Below are positions 51,702 through 61,704 of a stretch of 64,000 bases of DNA, one piece after another; the stretch's first letter is position 1, and every line of letters starts with the position of its first letter. The notes under the pieces were generated by a model that had not been told where the DNA came from, made no database searches, and saw only the letters and a list, made by a program, of their open reading frames with translations. The stretch comes from Schmidtea polychroa. Taxonomy: Eukaryota. The position numbers and the translations under genes were made by a program. The stretch spans positions 53,632,001-53,696,000 of the forward strand of contig CM097885.1 in assembly GCA_044892525.1 (NCBI GenBank). Reading direction: 5' to 3'.

Positions 51702-52712
51702 TTAAAAAAATAAGACTTTATTCTTCTGAGCACCATCTGGTACCAATACTCGGATATCAAAAGAAACTCTTGTTGAGAGGATGTCTTTATACAATTCTCT
51801 CAATGCTTTACGAACTTCATCAACATCAACCTTTTTTTCATAAAATATTAAATCTATATATTGTACAAGTGAACTAGAAAAATGAATATTCTTACTTTTA
51901 ACTTTATGTAGTCCATGTGAATGAGTATTAACATACCAATCTCCGTGTGGTAAATCATAACTAGTCATTATAACATCACCCTTTTCAAGCTTACTATTAT
52001 AATCACATTTCACAAACCATTTCATTCTTTCATTATCATCATCAAACAAAAAGAAATAAGGATCAATAATTTTTACAACCATAAAAACACCCCATTCTTT
52101 ACTGTTTGTTGTTATTAAACTTGGTTCTATAAAATGTTTGTATGTATGGGGTAATAATGTTTTATTCTGTTCTAATTCAGCAGCTCTTTTTCTAATACTA
52201 TGTGTGGTGTTAATGTGTGTTCCATGAGACTCTAAATTTGAAATTCTTTTATTAAATGATGTAATCATCTCATTTATTATATTATATATTGCATTAAATT
52301 TAGTATTCATAATTTGTTTATCTTTAGAATTTAATATAGCAGTATTTAACTTTACAACTTGTTCAGTTAACAGACTTTGTAACTTGTCAAATTTATCATT
52401 AAATCGTTGTTCGATATTATTAAGCTTTGATTCCATTGAATCAATTTTTGTTGTTAATGAACTTTCAATTCTTGTTGTTGTTAAATCAGTATATTTTTTA
52501 ACACCATCTACATATTTCTTATTAACTGCATCAGCTTCATCAGTTGGAAAAGATAATTCTTTTATCTTGTGTCCATTTAAAATTAAATCACCCTTCATTG
52601 AATCACCTCTTTCATTAATATATTTATTTTCTGTTAAAGTTAATATTTCTTCTGTATTAAACCCTGTTTTTATTGTTCCACCACCTCTATTACATGGAAT
52701 ATAAGAACTCAT
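51702..52712 (-). CDS. Putative fibre/spike-like protein (336 aa)
   Basis: GDSMKGDLILNGHKIKELSFPTDEADAVNKKYVD resembles tail-fibre/adhesin neck repeats; followed by a coiled coil and a globular C-terminus. Confidence 0.6.
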   Translation of the reverse strand: MSSYIPCNRGGGTIKTGFNTEEILTLTENKYINERGDSMKGDLILNGHKIKELSFPTDEADAVNKKYVDGVKKYTDLTTTRIESSLTTKIDSMESKLNNIEQRFNDKFDKLQSLLTEQVVKLNTAILNSKDKQIMNTKFNAIYNIINEMITSFNKRISNLESHGTHINTTHSIRKRAAELEQNKTLLPHTYKHFIEPSLITTNSKEWGVFMVVKIIDPYFFLFDDDNERMKWFVKCDYNSKLEKGDVIMTSYDLPHGDWYVNTHSHGLHKVKSKNIHFSSSLVQYIDLIFYEKKVDVDEVRKALRELYKDILSTRVSFDIRVLVPDGAQKNKVLFF

Positions 52713-52736
52713 TTATTAATAATTTAAAATGAATCT

Positions 52737-53501
52737 TCAAACCTGTTTCAAATGTAAATACATTGGAATCTCTTCTCCATTAAAATCAATCAATTCTCCT
52801 TCTTGATTAAGAATTTTAAAATTAATATCCATTATATATTTTCTACATAAAGGTAAATAATTTGGAGGATTCATTCTTTCAACTATTTTATATCCCATAG
52901 GAACTGTGTTTGAGGGAAAGGAATATGAAACATTTGTTTGTTTACCATTATTATAAGAACCTGTTATACAATCGCAATGAATATTTATTGTGTTTGTATT
53001 TATTATTTTTATAATATGTTATGATGTTATTATTTTATCTTCTTTTATTGTTATATCCATAGGTTTAAATCCTAAAACTGTGTGAAAGAAACAATTATCT
53101 AAAAAACTAATTTTTATATTCTTCAAAGTCATTACACATTTTGAAGTTGGTATATCCATTTTAATTTTAATACCTTCATTTGTTTTTTCAGAAAGTATAT
53201 CATTTAAATCTTTTATCTCATATGCCCCAGGTTCTATTGTTATAATTTCTGGTTTATGCCCATCACGAGTTTGAATAGTAAATTTATTATTATCTTTAGT
53301 TATATTAAAAATAGTATTATAAGCACAAAACCATAATAGCCCCAATTCATAATTTAAATTTTGATCTAATTTAATTGAATCTTGAAAGTTTATAGTAAAC
53401 TCTGATTCTTTTGAATTTATAGATAAAGTTCTTGAATATTTATCTGACATTATGTTTACCATTTTTTTAAAATTATCTTCCGGAGGGTTGTGAAGCTCCA
53501 T
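52737..53501 (-). pseudogene. Minor capsid protein (penton, single jelly roll) with an in-frame stop at 53019-53021
   Basis: IEPGAYEIKDLN before the stop; after it, in frame, IHCDCITGSY..G...YSF...PMGYKIVE...YLP...NQEGELIDFNGE...LHLKQV*. Confidence 0.85.
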
Positions 53502-53549
53502 TTCTTTAGTAGTAAATTCATATAGTAAAAATCCTTATAGTAAAAATCC

Positions 53550-54014
53550 TTATAGTAGAGATTCTAGATCATTATAAATTTCTTGAATTATAGATTCAAA
53601 ATCCTGCGTATGCCCCTTTCCCTCTCCCTTATTCAATCTATACAAAACATATAAACTTAAAATACCACATATTTTAGTATTCAAAGGTTGAACTTGTAAA
53701 GAGTTAAAAGTATAACCATTTGGGGAATCAATCGGAGAACCCCTCAAGAGATAATCTTCAACTTCTTTAGTAGGTTTAATCCCAAAAGAATCAAAGTAGA
53801 TAGATTTATTATATATACAAACCCAATGAGATCCTTTTTCATTTGAATTTTGATAATTGATTATTATATTCAGGGGACTCTCCAGACTTGATAATTCATC
53901 ATTCATTAATATTTTAATTTTTAAATTTAAATAATTTGCATAATCTTTTAAATCAAAATTTGTTTTTGCATTTATTCCAAATGTTTTTAAAAAATCTAAT
54001 ATTGAAGGAGTCAT
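53550..54014 (-). CDS. Adenain-like cysteine maturation protease
   Basis: IINYQNSNEKGSHWVC, YFDSFG, QVQ...ICG giving the catalytic His/Asp/Gln/Cys set. Confidence 0.92.
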   Translation of the reverse strand: MTPSILDFLKTFGINAKTNFDLKDYANYLNLKIKILMNDELSSLESPLNIIINYQNSNEKGSHWVCIYNKSIYFDSFGIKPTKEVEDYLLRGSPIDSPNGYTFNSLQVQPLNTKICGILSLYVLYRLNKGEGKGHTQDFESIIQEIYNDLESLL

Positions 54015-54036
54015 TTTGTATTTTAAAACTTCGTAT

Positions 54037-54563
54037 TTATAACTTCGTGTACTTATTAAATTTATTTTTTGAAATTATTCCTTGTTTTAACAAATCTTTA
54101 GAAATCTTTAAAATATCAGAATCTAAATTATTATGTCCTGCTTTCCTTGCAGCTAATAGTTTTCTTAATTCAATAAAAAGATTGATGGGATTTGGTTTAC
54201 CACCTTCACTAATTAATCCCTCTCCCTCTGTAACAACATAACCCTTTTCATTTTTATTTAAATAATTCTTTAAATCTTGAATATATTTTGCTTTAGAACT
54301 AGCTCTTATTAATTTTATTAAATTTAAATATTTTTTAATTTCTTCAACATCATCTGAAGAATATCCACAAAGTAATCTTTAAATTTTGCTTGCTCATTGA
54401 AATCTTTCAACTCTTTTATAGCTTTAATTGTTGGCCCCTGTTGTAGTGTTATTACCTCATTTAATATTATAGATTCAGCATGTTGAGTTGTATCTTTTTT
54501 ATTATATTTATCTTGTTCTGATTGTAATTTTTTTAAAAGTGCTAATCTTTCTTCATATACCAT
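54037..54563 (-). pseudogene. Conserved Polinton protein, frameshifted
   Basis: The 79-aa ORF continues in another frame as ...GEGLI...NPINLFIELRKLLAARKAGHNNLDSDILKISKDLLKQGII, matching the L..L.LL.A...AG C-terminal motif common in Polintons. Confidence 0.65.
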
Positions 54564-54585
54564 TTTAATGGTATCAAAAATGGTA

Positions 54586-55164
54586 TCATAGTTCGAAGGG
54601 CTTCAAGTATAATCCTTTACCATTTTTAGTTTTACAAAGGCATCCATTCTTTAAAGATTTACATATTTTTTTTAAATCTTCTTTATCTTTTGAAGATAAA
54701 GATTCAGATGTAGAAATTTGATTTTTTAAAAAATCATTTAAACCTCTACCTTTATAAGGATCAAGATAGAGACCTTTGCCCTGAGACTTTTGCCGACTCC
54801 CCTCATATGGATTAAGATAGAGACCCTTTCCAACGGACACTCCCCCTTTAGCTTGCCCTACCTTCTTCATTGAATCGATTTCAGTTTGTAGTTTTTCTTT
54901 TTCTAGGTCTGTCTTTTGAGATTCTTTAGCTTTTTGAACTGTAGTTGCAGTTCCTCCAGCTATTCCAGCAGCACCTGATAAACCAGCAATGATTGCAGGT
55001 ATTAAAGCAGCTAATGGAAGAATGCCACCTTCTTTAGCTTCGTGGAGCTTCGCTCTAACTTGTTCTTTTACATGTTTTCCAATAAAATATTTTTTACCAT
55101 CAATTACTACTGATTTATTTTTATTTGAATTTATTAATTCTTGCAAAGATTCTTCAGTTGTCAT
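54586..55164 (-). CDS. Putative virion core protein resembling the adenovirus pX (mu) precursor
   Basis: GGILPLAALIPAIIAGLSGAAGIAGG resembles the pX C-terminal GGFLPLLIPIIAAAIGA segment; three GKGLYL.P repeats. Confidence 0.7.
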   Translation of the reverse strand: MTTEESLQELINSNKNKSVVIDGKKYFIGKHVKEQVRAKLHEAKEGGILPLAALIPAIIAGLSGAAGIAGGTATTVQKAKESQKTDLEKEKLQTEIDSMKKVGQAKGGVSVGKGLYLNPYEGSRQKSQGKGLYLDPYKGRGLNDFLKNQISTSESLSSKDKEDLKKICKSLKNGCLCKTKNGKGLYLKPFEL

Positions 55165-55179
55165 TTTATAATAAACAAA

Positions 55180-55971
55180 ATGGATATTTGGAAACCAATT
55201 TTAAATAGACATAAGAGTAAATTTAATAATAAAGTATTTCCTGATAATTTTAGATTATTAATTGTTGGTTCTTCTGGATGTGGAAAGAATGTACTTGTTT
55301 TGAGAATGTTACTTGAAGATGATTTTTTAGATTATAATAATTTAATCTTTTATTCTACAACCATAAATCAACCAGAATTACAACTTTTGAAATGTGGATT
55401 TGAAAATAAATTAACTAAAAAAGCAATAATTGATATTTTTAAAAATCAACATAGGTGTCCTGAAGAAGTTTTTCAACCTTGTGATATGGTTGATTGGTAT
55501 AAGGAAAAGATTTTAGAATCAGATATTAGTAATAAAAATGATTATATTTGTGAAGAAGGGCAGGAGGCAATTCAAGTTTTATTCTCTAATAAACCTGAAG
55601 ATGTTTTACATTGTGATTTACTTCCTAAAGATAAAAAGAATCTAGTTATATTTGATGATGTTGTTAATATGAAAAATCAAGAGATTCAAAAGAGTTACTT
55701 TACACGAGGTCGACATAATAATTGTAATGTTATTTATATATCTCAAACATATTATGCTTTAGATAAAAATTCAATAAGAAATAATTCCAATTGTTTTATA
55801 TTTTTTAAATTAGATCGCCGTGATAAGAATATGATTTATAATGATTTATTTTCAAATGTTGAACCTGATAAGAATATGTTTGATATGTTTGTTGATAATC
55901 ATTGGAAAGAAAAATATAATTATATTTATTTGGATAGAGAAGAAGCTGAAATATGGAAAAGTTTGTTTTAG
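55180..55971 (+). CDS. A32/FtsK-like genome packaging ATPase
   Basis: Walker A GSSGCGKN (atypical N), Walker B LVIFDD, RGRHNN arginine motif, ISQ, IRNN. Confidence 0.93.
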   Translation: MDIWKPILNRHKSKFNNKVFPDNFRLLIVGSSGCGKNVLVLRMLLEDDFLDYNNLIFYSTTINQPELQLLKCGFENKLTKKAIIDIFKNQHRCPEEVFQPCDMVDWYKEKILESDISNKNDYICEEGQEAIQVLFSNKPEDVLHCDLLPKDKKNLVIFDDVVNMKNQEIQKSYFTRGRHNNCNVIYISQTYYALDKNSIRNNSNCFIFFKLDRRDKNMIYNDLFSNVEPDKNMFDMFVDNHWKEKYNYIYLDREEAEIWKSLF

Positions 55972-55982
55972 GGCTTGTCGAC

Positions 55983-57368
55983 TTAAAAATCTGTTTTCTG
56001 TAGTTCATTATTATAAAATCTACCTAATATTTTTTCATTATTTAAAACAAAGATGCTATATGTTATTGGAGTTGTATAATGTATTTTATTTATAATAAAA
56101 ATTTCATTTGTCCATTTTGCTGTGAATCCTTTTTCAAATTTATTTTTATATTTAAATATTCTTACTCGGTCACCAATTTTAAACGTTGGTTTTTCAATAA
56201 CATCATTTTCAATATTTACCACTTTAATGGTTTCAGGCTTCATGGAAGCATTTAAAGGTGTTAATTTTATAGAACTATGTACATCATTATTATATTCATT
56301 TACAATCTTTTGTAACAATTCATTGTTCCATTTTTGTTTTCCAATAGCAGTAAAATATTTCCACATTTTATTTTTTAATGTTCTATTTAATCTTTCAACT
56401 ACGACTGCTTTTCCTTCGTTTTCTGTTGAATATAATTTAATATCATTTTCATTTAAAAACTTTGTAAAAACTTTGTTATAAAATTCTGTTCCTTTATCAC
56501 ACCATAAATATTTTGGGATTCTTTGATTTTCTTCAAATATATTTTCAAATGCTTCTGTAATAGAATATCCTGTTTTATTTTCTAAACATCTTGCAAAAGC
56601 AAATCTTGTATATAAATCTATTACAGTTAAAATTATTTTATATTTTTCAGGGTCTGATGATTTGGGCATAAAGACTAAATCTGCAGACCATGTTTGATCT
56701 TTTTCATGTACTTGAACTTTTAAATATTTTTTATTTTTTCTAAATTCATGGTGTAATTCCTTTGCATATTTTATTTCTGATTCTGTTGGGGTTTGTAAAC
56801 TAGTCTTGGATATATTCTCAAGGGATCTTTCAATGTCTGCTTGTTCGATAATCTTTTTATAAGCAACATCTTTTGCTATTCTAGGAAGTCTTGCACCCAT
56901 GGTGATCGGACTGTGTCCTAAGCCTATGAAAATCTTACCTTTCATTGCTAATTTAACTAGAGCTCTTTGAATCTTTTCTTGGGTTGATGGATTTTGGATA
57001 CTATTTAAATCATGTATTAAATTCACATCTGCAACATGTCTATCTCTAAGATTTGTTGAATTGTATGCAATGTCATGTTTTAAAGCTGCTTGATCAATTC
57101 TATTTATTGGTTCTTCTCCTTGTTTGGGATTATTATTTTCATCTAATCTAATATCTAATCTTGTTCCTGGTCCGGTGTAGTTGTGTTTAAATAAATGTCT
57201 TTCACCTGGATATTTTTCTGTAGTAAAAGGTTTTAATATAGAAGATGTTGTTTTTGAAGATTGTAGATCGCCTCCTGTATGTTTTTTAGTTTTTAAATGA
57301 CTTGCTTTATGATGTCTTGTAACTTGACAATTACAAGTTTCACATCTCCAATATTTATTTAGAGACAT
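55983..57368 (-). CDS. Retroviral-like (rve) integrase fused to an N-terminal zinc finger and a parvovirus-type phospholipase A2 domain
   Basis: CETC...H..TKKH; NYTGPGT...NRIDQAALKHDIAY...RHVAD; then WSADL, VIDLYTRF, WCDKGTEF, VERLNRTLK and FKIGDRVRI...ELQK. Confidence 0.93.
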   Translation of the reverse strand: MSLNKYWRCETCNCQVTRHHKASHLKTKKHTGGDLQSSKTTSSILKPFTTEKYPGERHLFKHNYTGPGTRLDIRLDENNNPKQGEEPINRIDQAALKHDIAYNSTNLRDRHVADVNLIHDLNSIQNPSTQEKIQRALVKLAMKGKIFIGLGHSPITMGARLPRIAKDVAYKKIIEQADIERSLENISKTSLQTPTESEIKYAKELHHEFRKNKKYLKVQVHEKDQTWSADLVFMPKSSDPEKYKIILTVIDLYTRFAFARCLENKTGYSITEAFENIFEENQRIPKYLWCDKGTEFYNKVFTKFLNENDIKLYSTENEGKAVVVERLNRTLKNKMWKYFTAIGKQKWNNELLQKIVNEYNNDVHSSIKLTPLNASMKPETIKVVNIENDVIEKPTFKIGDRVRIFKYKNKFEKGFTAKWTNEIFIINKIHYTTPITYSIFVLNNEKILGRFYNNELQKTDF

Positions 57369-57397
57369 TTTAAAATGTTAAAATATCAGGGATTATA

Positions 57398-58690
57398 TCA
57401 AGAATCTCCCCTAACATTTTCGATTATTGAAATCTTTCCACCATATAATTTCATTTCTATTTTCTTTTCTTCTAATATTAATGTATATACTTTAGCTTTA
57501 AAATTAGAATCCTTTGTTACATGAAGTGTAAAATCAACATTATTTATGGCTAGGCGATCATCTTGGTCTGATACATTTATACAAAATATAGAATATAAAT
57601 TTTTGAAATCTTCTAAACTTAATTGCGGTTCAACTTTGAAATCATAACATGTTTCAATATAATTTAGATATGGGAATATGTTTTCATTATTTTCAATATT
57701 AAATTCCATTCTATTTATTGGATAATAAGAACTATTTAATTGAATTTGTATTGTTTTTAAATTATCATCTCCAATCTTTTGAATAAATAGATTGTTATTT
57801 TTTTGGAAAGATGAATCTGTTTCTTTGAATCCAATCAAGATATATCTTGGTCGGTATGCTAAATTTGCTACCTTTATAGAATATGTTGAACCCTCTGTCA
57901 TACTAAATTCACTACAGATTCTATTTAAATAATTTACATTTATAGACTTGTTGGAATTTAATCTTTCAAGGAGTTTAATCTCAGAATGTGGGTTTAATGT
58001 CCATTCAGGTATATGTAATTCAAGTGTTGATAATTTTAATTTAGCTTTTGTATCTACAGCTCCATAGAACAATCTTTTATCACCTTCTACTCTATTACAG
58101 ATGAATTCTATAAAAACATTATGAAGTATACGATTATAGTTTTGAAGGAATCCAAACAAGTGTTTTAATTCAAAATAACCTTCAAATTTTTTAGATTTAT
58201 AAAGTTCAGCTCTTTTATGGTAACCATGGTTTACATCTAAACCATCTTTATCTAAATCCCCTTTATTAACATCAGGAATCCAACCTGTTAATTCACCATA
58301 TTCGTTTTTATAATCACAACCAGTCAAAATAAAATTTAACATTGTAGAATATACTCCCGGATGCAAAACAGTTTCAATTTCTGATGATCCTAGTTTTAAT
58401 CTCATGTTGGAGAATAAATTTGGAAAGAAATTATTTTCTAGGGTTATATCTTTGTTTGCTTCAATTTCTAATTCTACTTTGTAATATAATTTGGCATTAC
58501 AAATATCTATTGGGTTTGATGTTTGAAGAGATTGAAAAACTATATCACCCCTACGATTTAAGTTTGCAATAGATCCTGAAGTTGGGGAGATTTTAAGTAC
58601 ATCGTTTTTCTTGATTTCATGAGTAAATTCTTTATTATAATCAAGATTTAATTTATTTTTTTCTTGAATTTTAAGATTTATGTTATTCAT
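57398..58690 (-). CDS. Major capsid protein (double jelly roll), 430 aa
   Basis: Size and position, plus LENNFFPNLFSNMRLKLGSSEIE, LKHLFGF, RPRYILIGF, IQLNSSYYP, FKNLYSIFCINVS typical of Polinton MCPs. Confidence 0.85.
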   Translation of the reverse strand: MNNINLKIQEKNKLNLDYNKEFTHEIKKNDVLKISPTSGSIANLNRRGDIVFQSLQTSNPIDICNAKLYYKVELEIEANKDITLENNFFPNLFSNMRLKLGSSEIETVLHPGVYSTMLNFILTGCDYKNEYGELTGWIPDVNKGDLDKDGLDVNHGYHKRAELYKSKKFEGYFELKHLFGFLQNYNRILHNVFIEFICNRVEGDKRLFYGAVDTKAKLKLSTLELHIPEWTLNPHSEIKLLERLNSNKSINVNYLNRICSEFSMTEGSTYSIKVANLAYRPRYILIGFKETDSSFQKNNNLFIQKIGDDNLKTIQIQLNSSYYPINRMEFNIENNENIFPYLNYIETCYDFKVEPQLSLEDFKNLYSIFCINVSDQDDRLAINNVDFTLHVTKDSNFKAKVYTLILEEKKIEMKLYGGKISIIENVRGDS

Positions 58691-58746
58691 TTTTATATAT
58701 TAAAATTTACACACACAAAATAGGATTAATTAAATATATTATGTAA

Positions 58747-58820
58747 GCCATTATAGCGGAGTGGGAATAGGCTTCAATTTTATCACCGGGAGTACCGGGT
58801 TCAATTTTCGATTTTGGTCA
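58747..58820 (+). ncRNA. tRNA-like Pol III unit 1 (degenerate)
   Basis: A-box TAGCGGAGTGG, B-box-like GGTTCAATT, partial terminal stem GCCA/TGGT, T5 immediately downstream. Confidence 0.45.
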
Positions 58821-58988
58821 ATTTTTATCGATATTTTTTTCAACGGAATCTGATTCAGCGTACTGATTTTAGTATATATTTAAATTTTCAGATGGATCTG
58901 AGTGGTAGTTGTCGAGAAAATGAATAATTAATTATTAATTTCATCAATAAATAGTCACACATTAACAACTTATTTTATATTGAGTATA

Positions 58989-59061
58989 GCTCTAATAGCT
59001 TAGTGGTAATAGCACTCGACTGCATTGCCAATACCAATGGGTTCAAATCCCATTTCGGTCA
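58989..59061 (+). ncRNA. tRNA-like Pol III unit 2 (tRNA-Cys-like, not a canonical cloverleaf)
   Basis: TAGCTTAGTGGTAATAGC D-arm, CTCGACTGCA as in tRNA-Cys(GCA), perfect T-arm ATGGG-TTCAAAT-CCCAT, T8 terminator. The anticodon and acceptor stems do not pair. Confidence 0.6.
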
Positions 59062-59225
59062 TTTTTTTTCAAATTTTTTTTAACGAAATATTGATCAGCA
59101 TACTCGATTTAGTACTTGTACAAATTTTTAAGGAGATTGGTCAACGGCAACTCTTGGAAATTTAAGATCAAAAACGTTTTAACTACCAAAAATTAATATA
59201 TCCAATAAAAAAAATATTTATAAAA

Positions 59226-59522
59226 ATGGATGAGTTAAAAGAAAGAATGAGAAATGAATTGAATGAAGTTAAACATAAGAGAATGAAAAGAAGAGAAGAA
59301 GAACCATTAGAATACATCAAAGAGTTGATGGTAGATAATGAAAAGTATCGACATTTTTATATGAAGGCTGTAGATGTTGCTGATATAAGATTGAAGAAAA
59401 TGAAACAATTACAGGAAAGAGTTAAAGAACTTGAATCGATTATTTATAGTCTAAAAAATGACAAAAATTCAAACCTTGATGGCGCAGTGGGAATAGACTG
59501 GCACAGTGGTTCAAATGGATAG
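59226..59522 (+). CDS. Small coiled-coil hypothetical protein (98 aa)
   Basis: AAAAATG start context as in other element genes; E/K/R-rich helical sequence; its 3' end runs into the TIR. Confidence 0.5.
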   Translation: MDELKERMRNELNEVKHKRMKRREEEPLEYIKELMVDNEKYRHFYMKAVDVADIRLKKMKQLQERVKELESIIYSLKNDKNSNLDGAVGIDWHSGSNG

Positions 59523-60469
59523 TGGTTCAAATCACATCTGAGGTTAGTTTTTTTTCAACATAAAATAATATTAAAAATTTGAAAATAATATTGAAAATAG
59601 TGTGGGTATCTTATATTTATAAAGTACTTGTATATTTTATTTTATTTATTTTATTTTATTTTATTTTTTTATTAATTAATTATTTTTTAAACATAAATAT
59701 GAAAAAAAAAATATTGAAACGGGTGATGGTGGCGAACCGGTAATTATCGCCACCTGTCTTTCGAACACCCCCGGATCGATTCCGGTAATGTGCACATTTA
59801 TTTCTCAGTTGTTTTCGGACCTCTTTCGGATTCGCTTTCGAATTCATTTGTACTTTCGAGCAGCACACTTAAAACGCCGATGAAATCGTATTCGAGCGAG
59901 AAGCGAATAATAAGGTGTGCTGCTATTATCGAATTGATTCTGATGTATGAGTCTGGCCAGCTTGTATATTGGAAGAGATTTGATAAACGAAAGAGGTTGA
60001 ATAAAAAAAAAATGATCCGGATAAAAAAAAAAACTGTTGAGGGGACAGTGAAAAAAAAAAAAAAAAAATACCACTGTCCCCTCAGAGCAGTTTTACTATT
60101 TCATAAAATTTTTTTTTTTAAAACTTTCAAAACCTTAAGGTGATCAGGCGACCTAGATCATTATGAATTAGGTAATCTGATATTCTTATAACATTAAATC
60201 CTTATAACATTAAATCCTTAAGACCAAGTAGTGAGGAATCTATGCACCCCGTTACCTTTTCTCGGAATTACTAATCTATAAATACATCTATTCCGAACTT
60301 TTTTACTTTTAAGGGAAGAAATTAAGGGTTAATGGCAATAGGGGACAAAGTTTAAAAGTTAAAAAAAGTGAAGAATATGGGGTAAAAATGCATATAAATG
60401 TGGAAAATATGGGTCAATAGCGCTGTTTTTTTTTAGGGTGGGGGTGCTGGGGTGCATAGATTCCTCACT
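59452..60469. repeat. Polinton right terminal inverted repeat (last 3 nt, ACT, missing)
   Basis: Mirror of 45597-46611; ends ...GATTCCTCACT rather than ...CTCACTACT. Confidence 0.93.
59472..59545 (+). ncRNA. tRNA-like Pol III unit 3 at the inner edge of the right TIR
   Basis: AACCTT/GAGGTT terminal stem, A-box TGGCGCAGTGG, duplicated AGTGGTTCAAAT B-box, T8 at 59548-59555. Confidence 0.55.
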
Positions 60470-61645
60470 TAACTTAATTGATTCAACTTGAATGATCAGT
60501 ATTTTTTTATTTACTGGATGATTAATGACTAGAATTCATTCTTGTTCATTAATTACATTTTTATAATAATTATTTGGTATATTTTGAATAATTTAAATTT
60601 TTACAATTATTTAATCAATTTTTACCTAGTTATTGATGCCTTGAGTTCAATTAATTTTTCATCCAATTTTTCAAGTGAATAGTATTTGCTTTTAAAGATC
60701 TATTTGTTAATACATAGTTGTTGGTTGTTAGTAGTTGGTACTTGGTAGTTAGTATCTGATTGACTTTTTAGATTTTGATAAGATATTGTATGTGATGAAG
60801 ATTATTTTGTATTTAATTGCTATTATTTTTATGTGTTGTTAGTTGATTGTTGGTACTTGGTATCTGGTTGATGGTATTTTGCTGATAGTCTTGGTATCTT
60901 GTTGTAAGTACTTAACTGATAGCGTTTGGTATATTGTTGTAAGTACTTGGTATCTAGTTGAAAATACGTGTTTATAGTTACTGGTAGATGATATTAAGTT
61001 GAGTGTTACCAATACCCTTACGACTAGTACCTTTACGACTAATACCCTTACGACCAGTACCCTTACGACCAGTACCCTTAGCGGGTCAAAACATCCTGTC
61101 GGATAGACTAAGAGTATATATAATAAAACTGATCAACAATAAGTATTTATTGAATGCGATTTTTACATTGCAATAATAAGTCAGTAGTTATCAATTAAAA
61201 GAAGAATGTTTTGTAAATTAGAATTCATTAGTCTTTCATTGTAATTTAAATTATCATCAATTCCACGTAGTGATGAGTTGACAATTATTCATTTTTGATG
61301 AAAATCAACATTTTTGTTAAATTTAGACATTTTGAAAAGATTTTTTCTACTGATTGTAATTAAACATAATTTTGAAGACAGATAAAAATTAATTTAAAAA
61401 TCATTTGATAAAATACAATAAAGAATACTTAGTTGGTTGTTAGTACTTGGTTGTTTTTACTTAGTTAATAGTACATGGTACTTGATAGGTGGTTGTATGT
61501 ACTTGGTATCTAGTTGTACCTGATAGTTGTTGGTATCTGATTGTTGAATTATTAATATTATTATTATTTATATTAATATTATTATTATTATAATTACAAA
61601 TATTTTTATTATTTTTTATTATTATTCTTATTATTATTTTTATTA

Positions 61646-61704
<59 letters not shown>

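Larger units (their letters stand above)
45597..60469. mobile_element. Polinton/Maverick (adintovirus-like endogenous dsDNA virus), ~14.9 kb
   Basis: AGTAGT terminus, ~1-kb TIRs, pPolB, rve integrase, A32 ATPase, adenain-like protease, major and minor capsid genes. Confidence 0.97.

Noticed and set aside
52184..52204. HSIRKRA as a furin cleavage site in the fibre-like protein
   Set aside because: It lacks the P4 arginine of the R-x-K/R-R consensus, and the protein has no signal peptide.
58989..59061. Functional tRNA-Cys gene
   Set aside because: Anticodon and acceptor stems do not pair; reported only as a tRNA-like unit.
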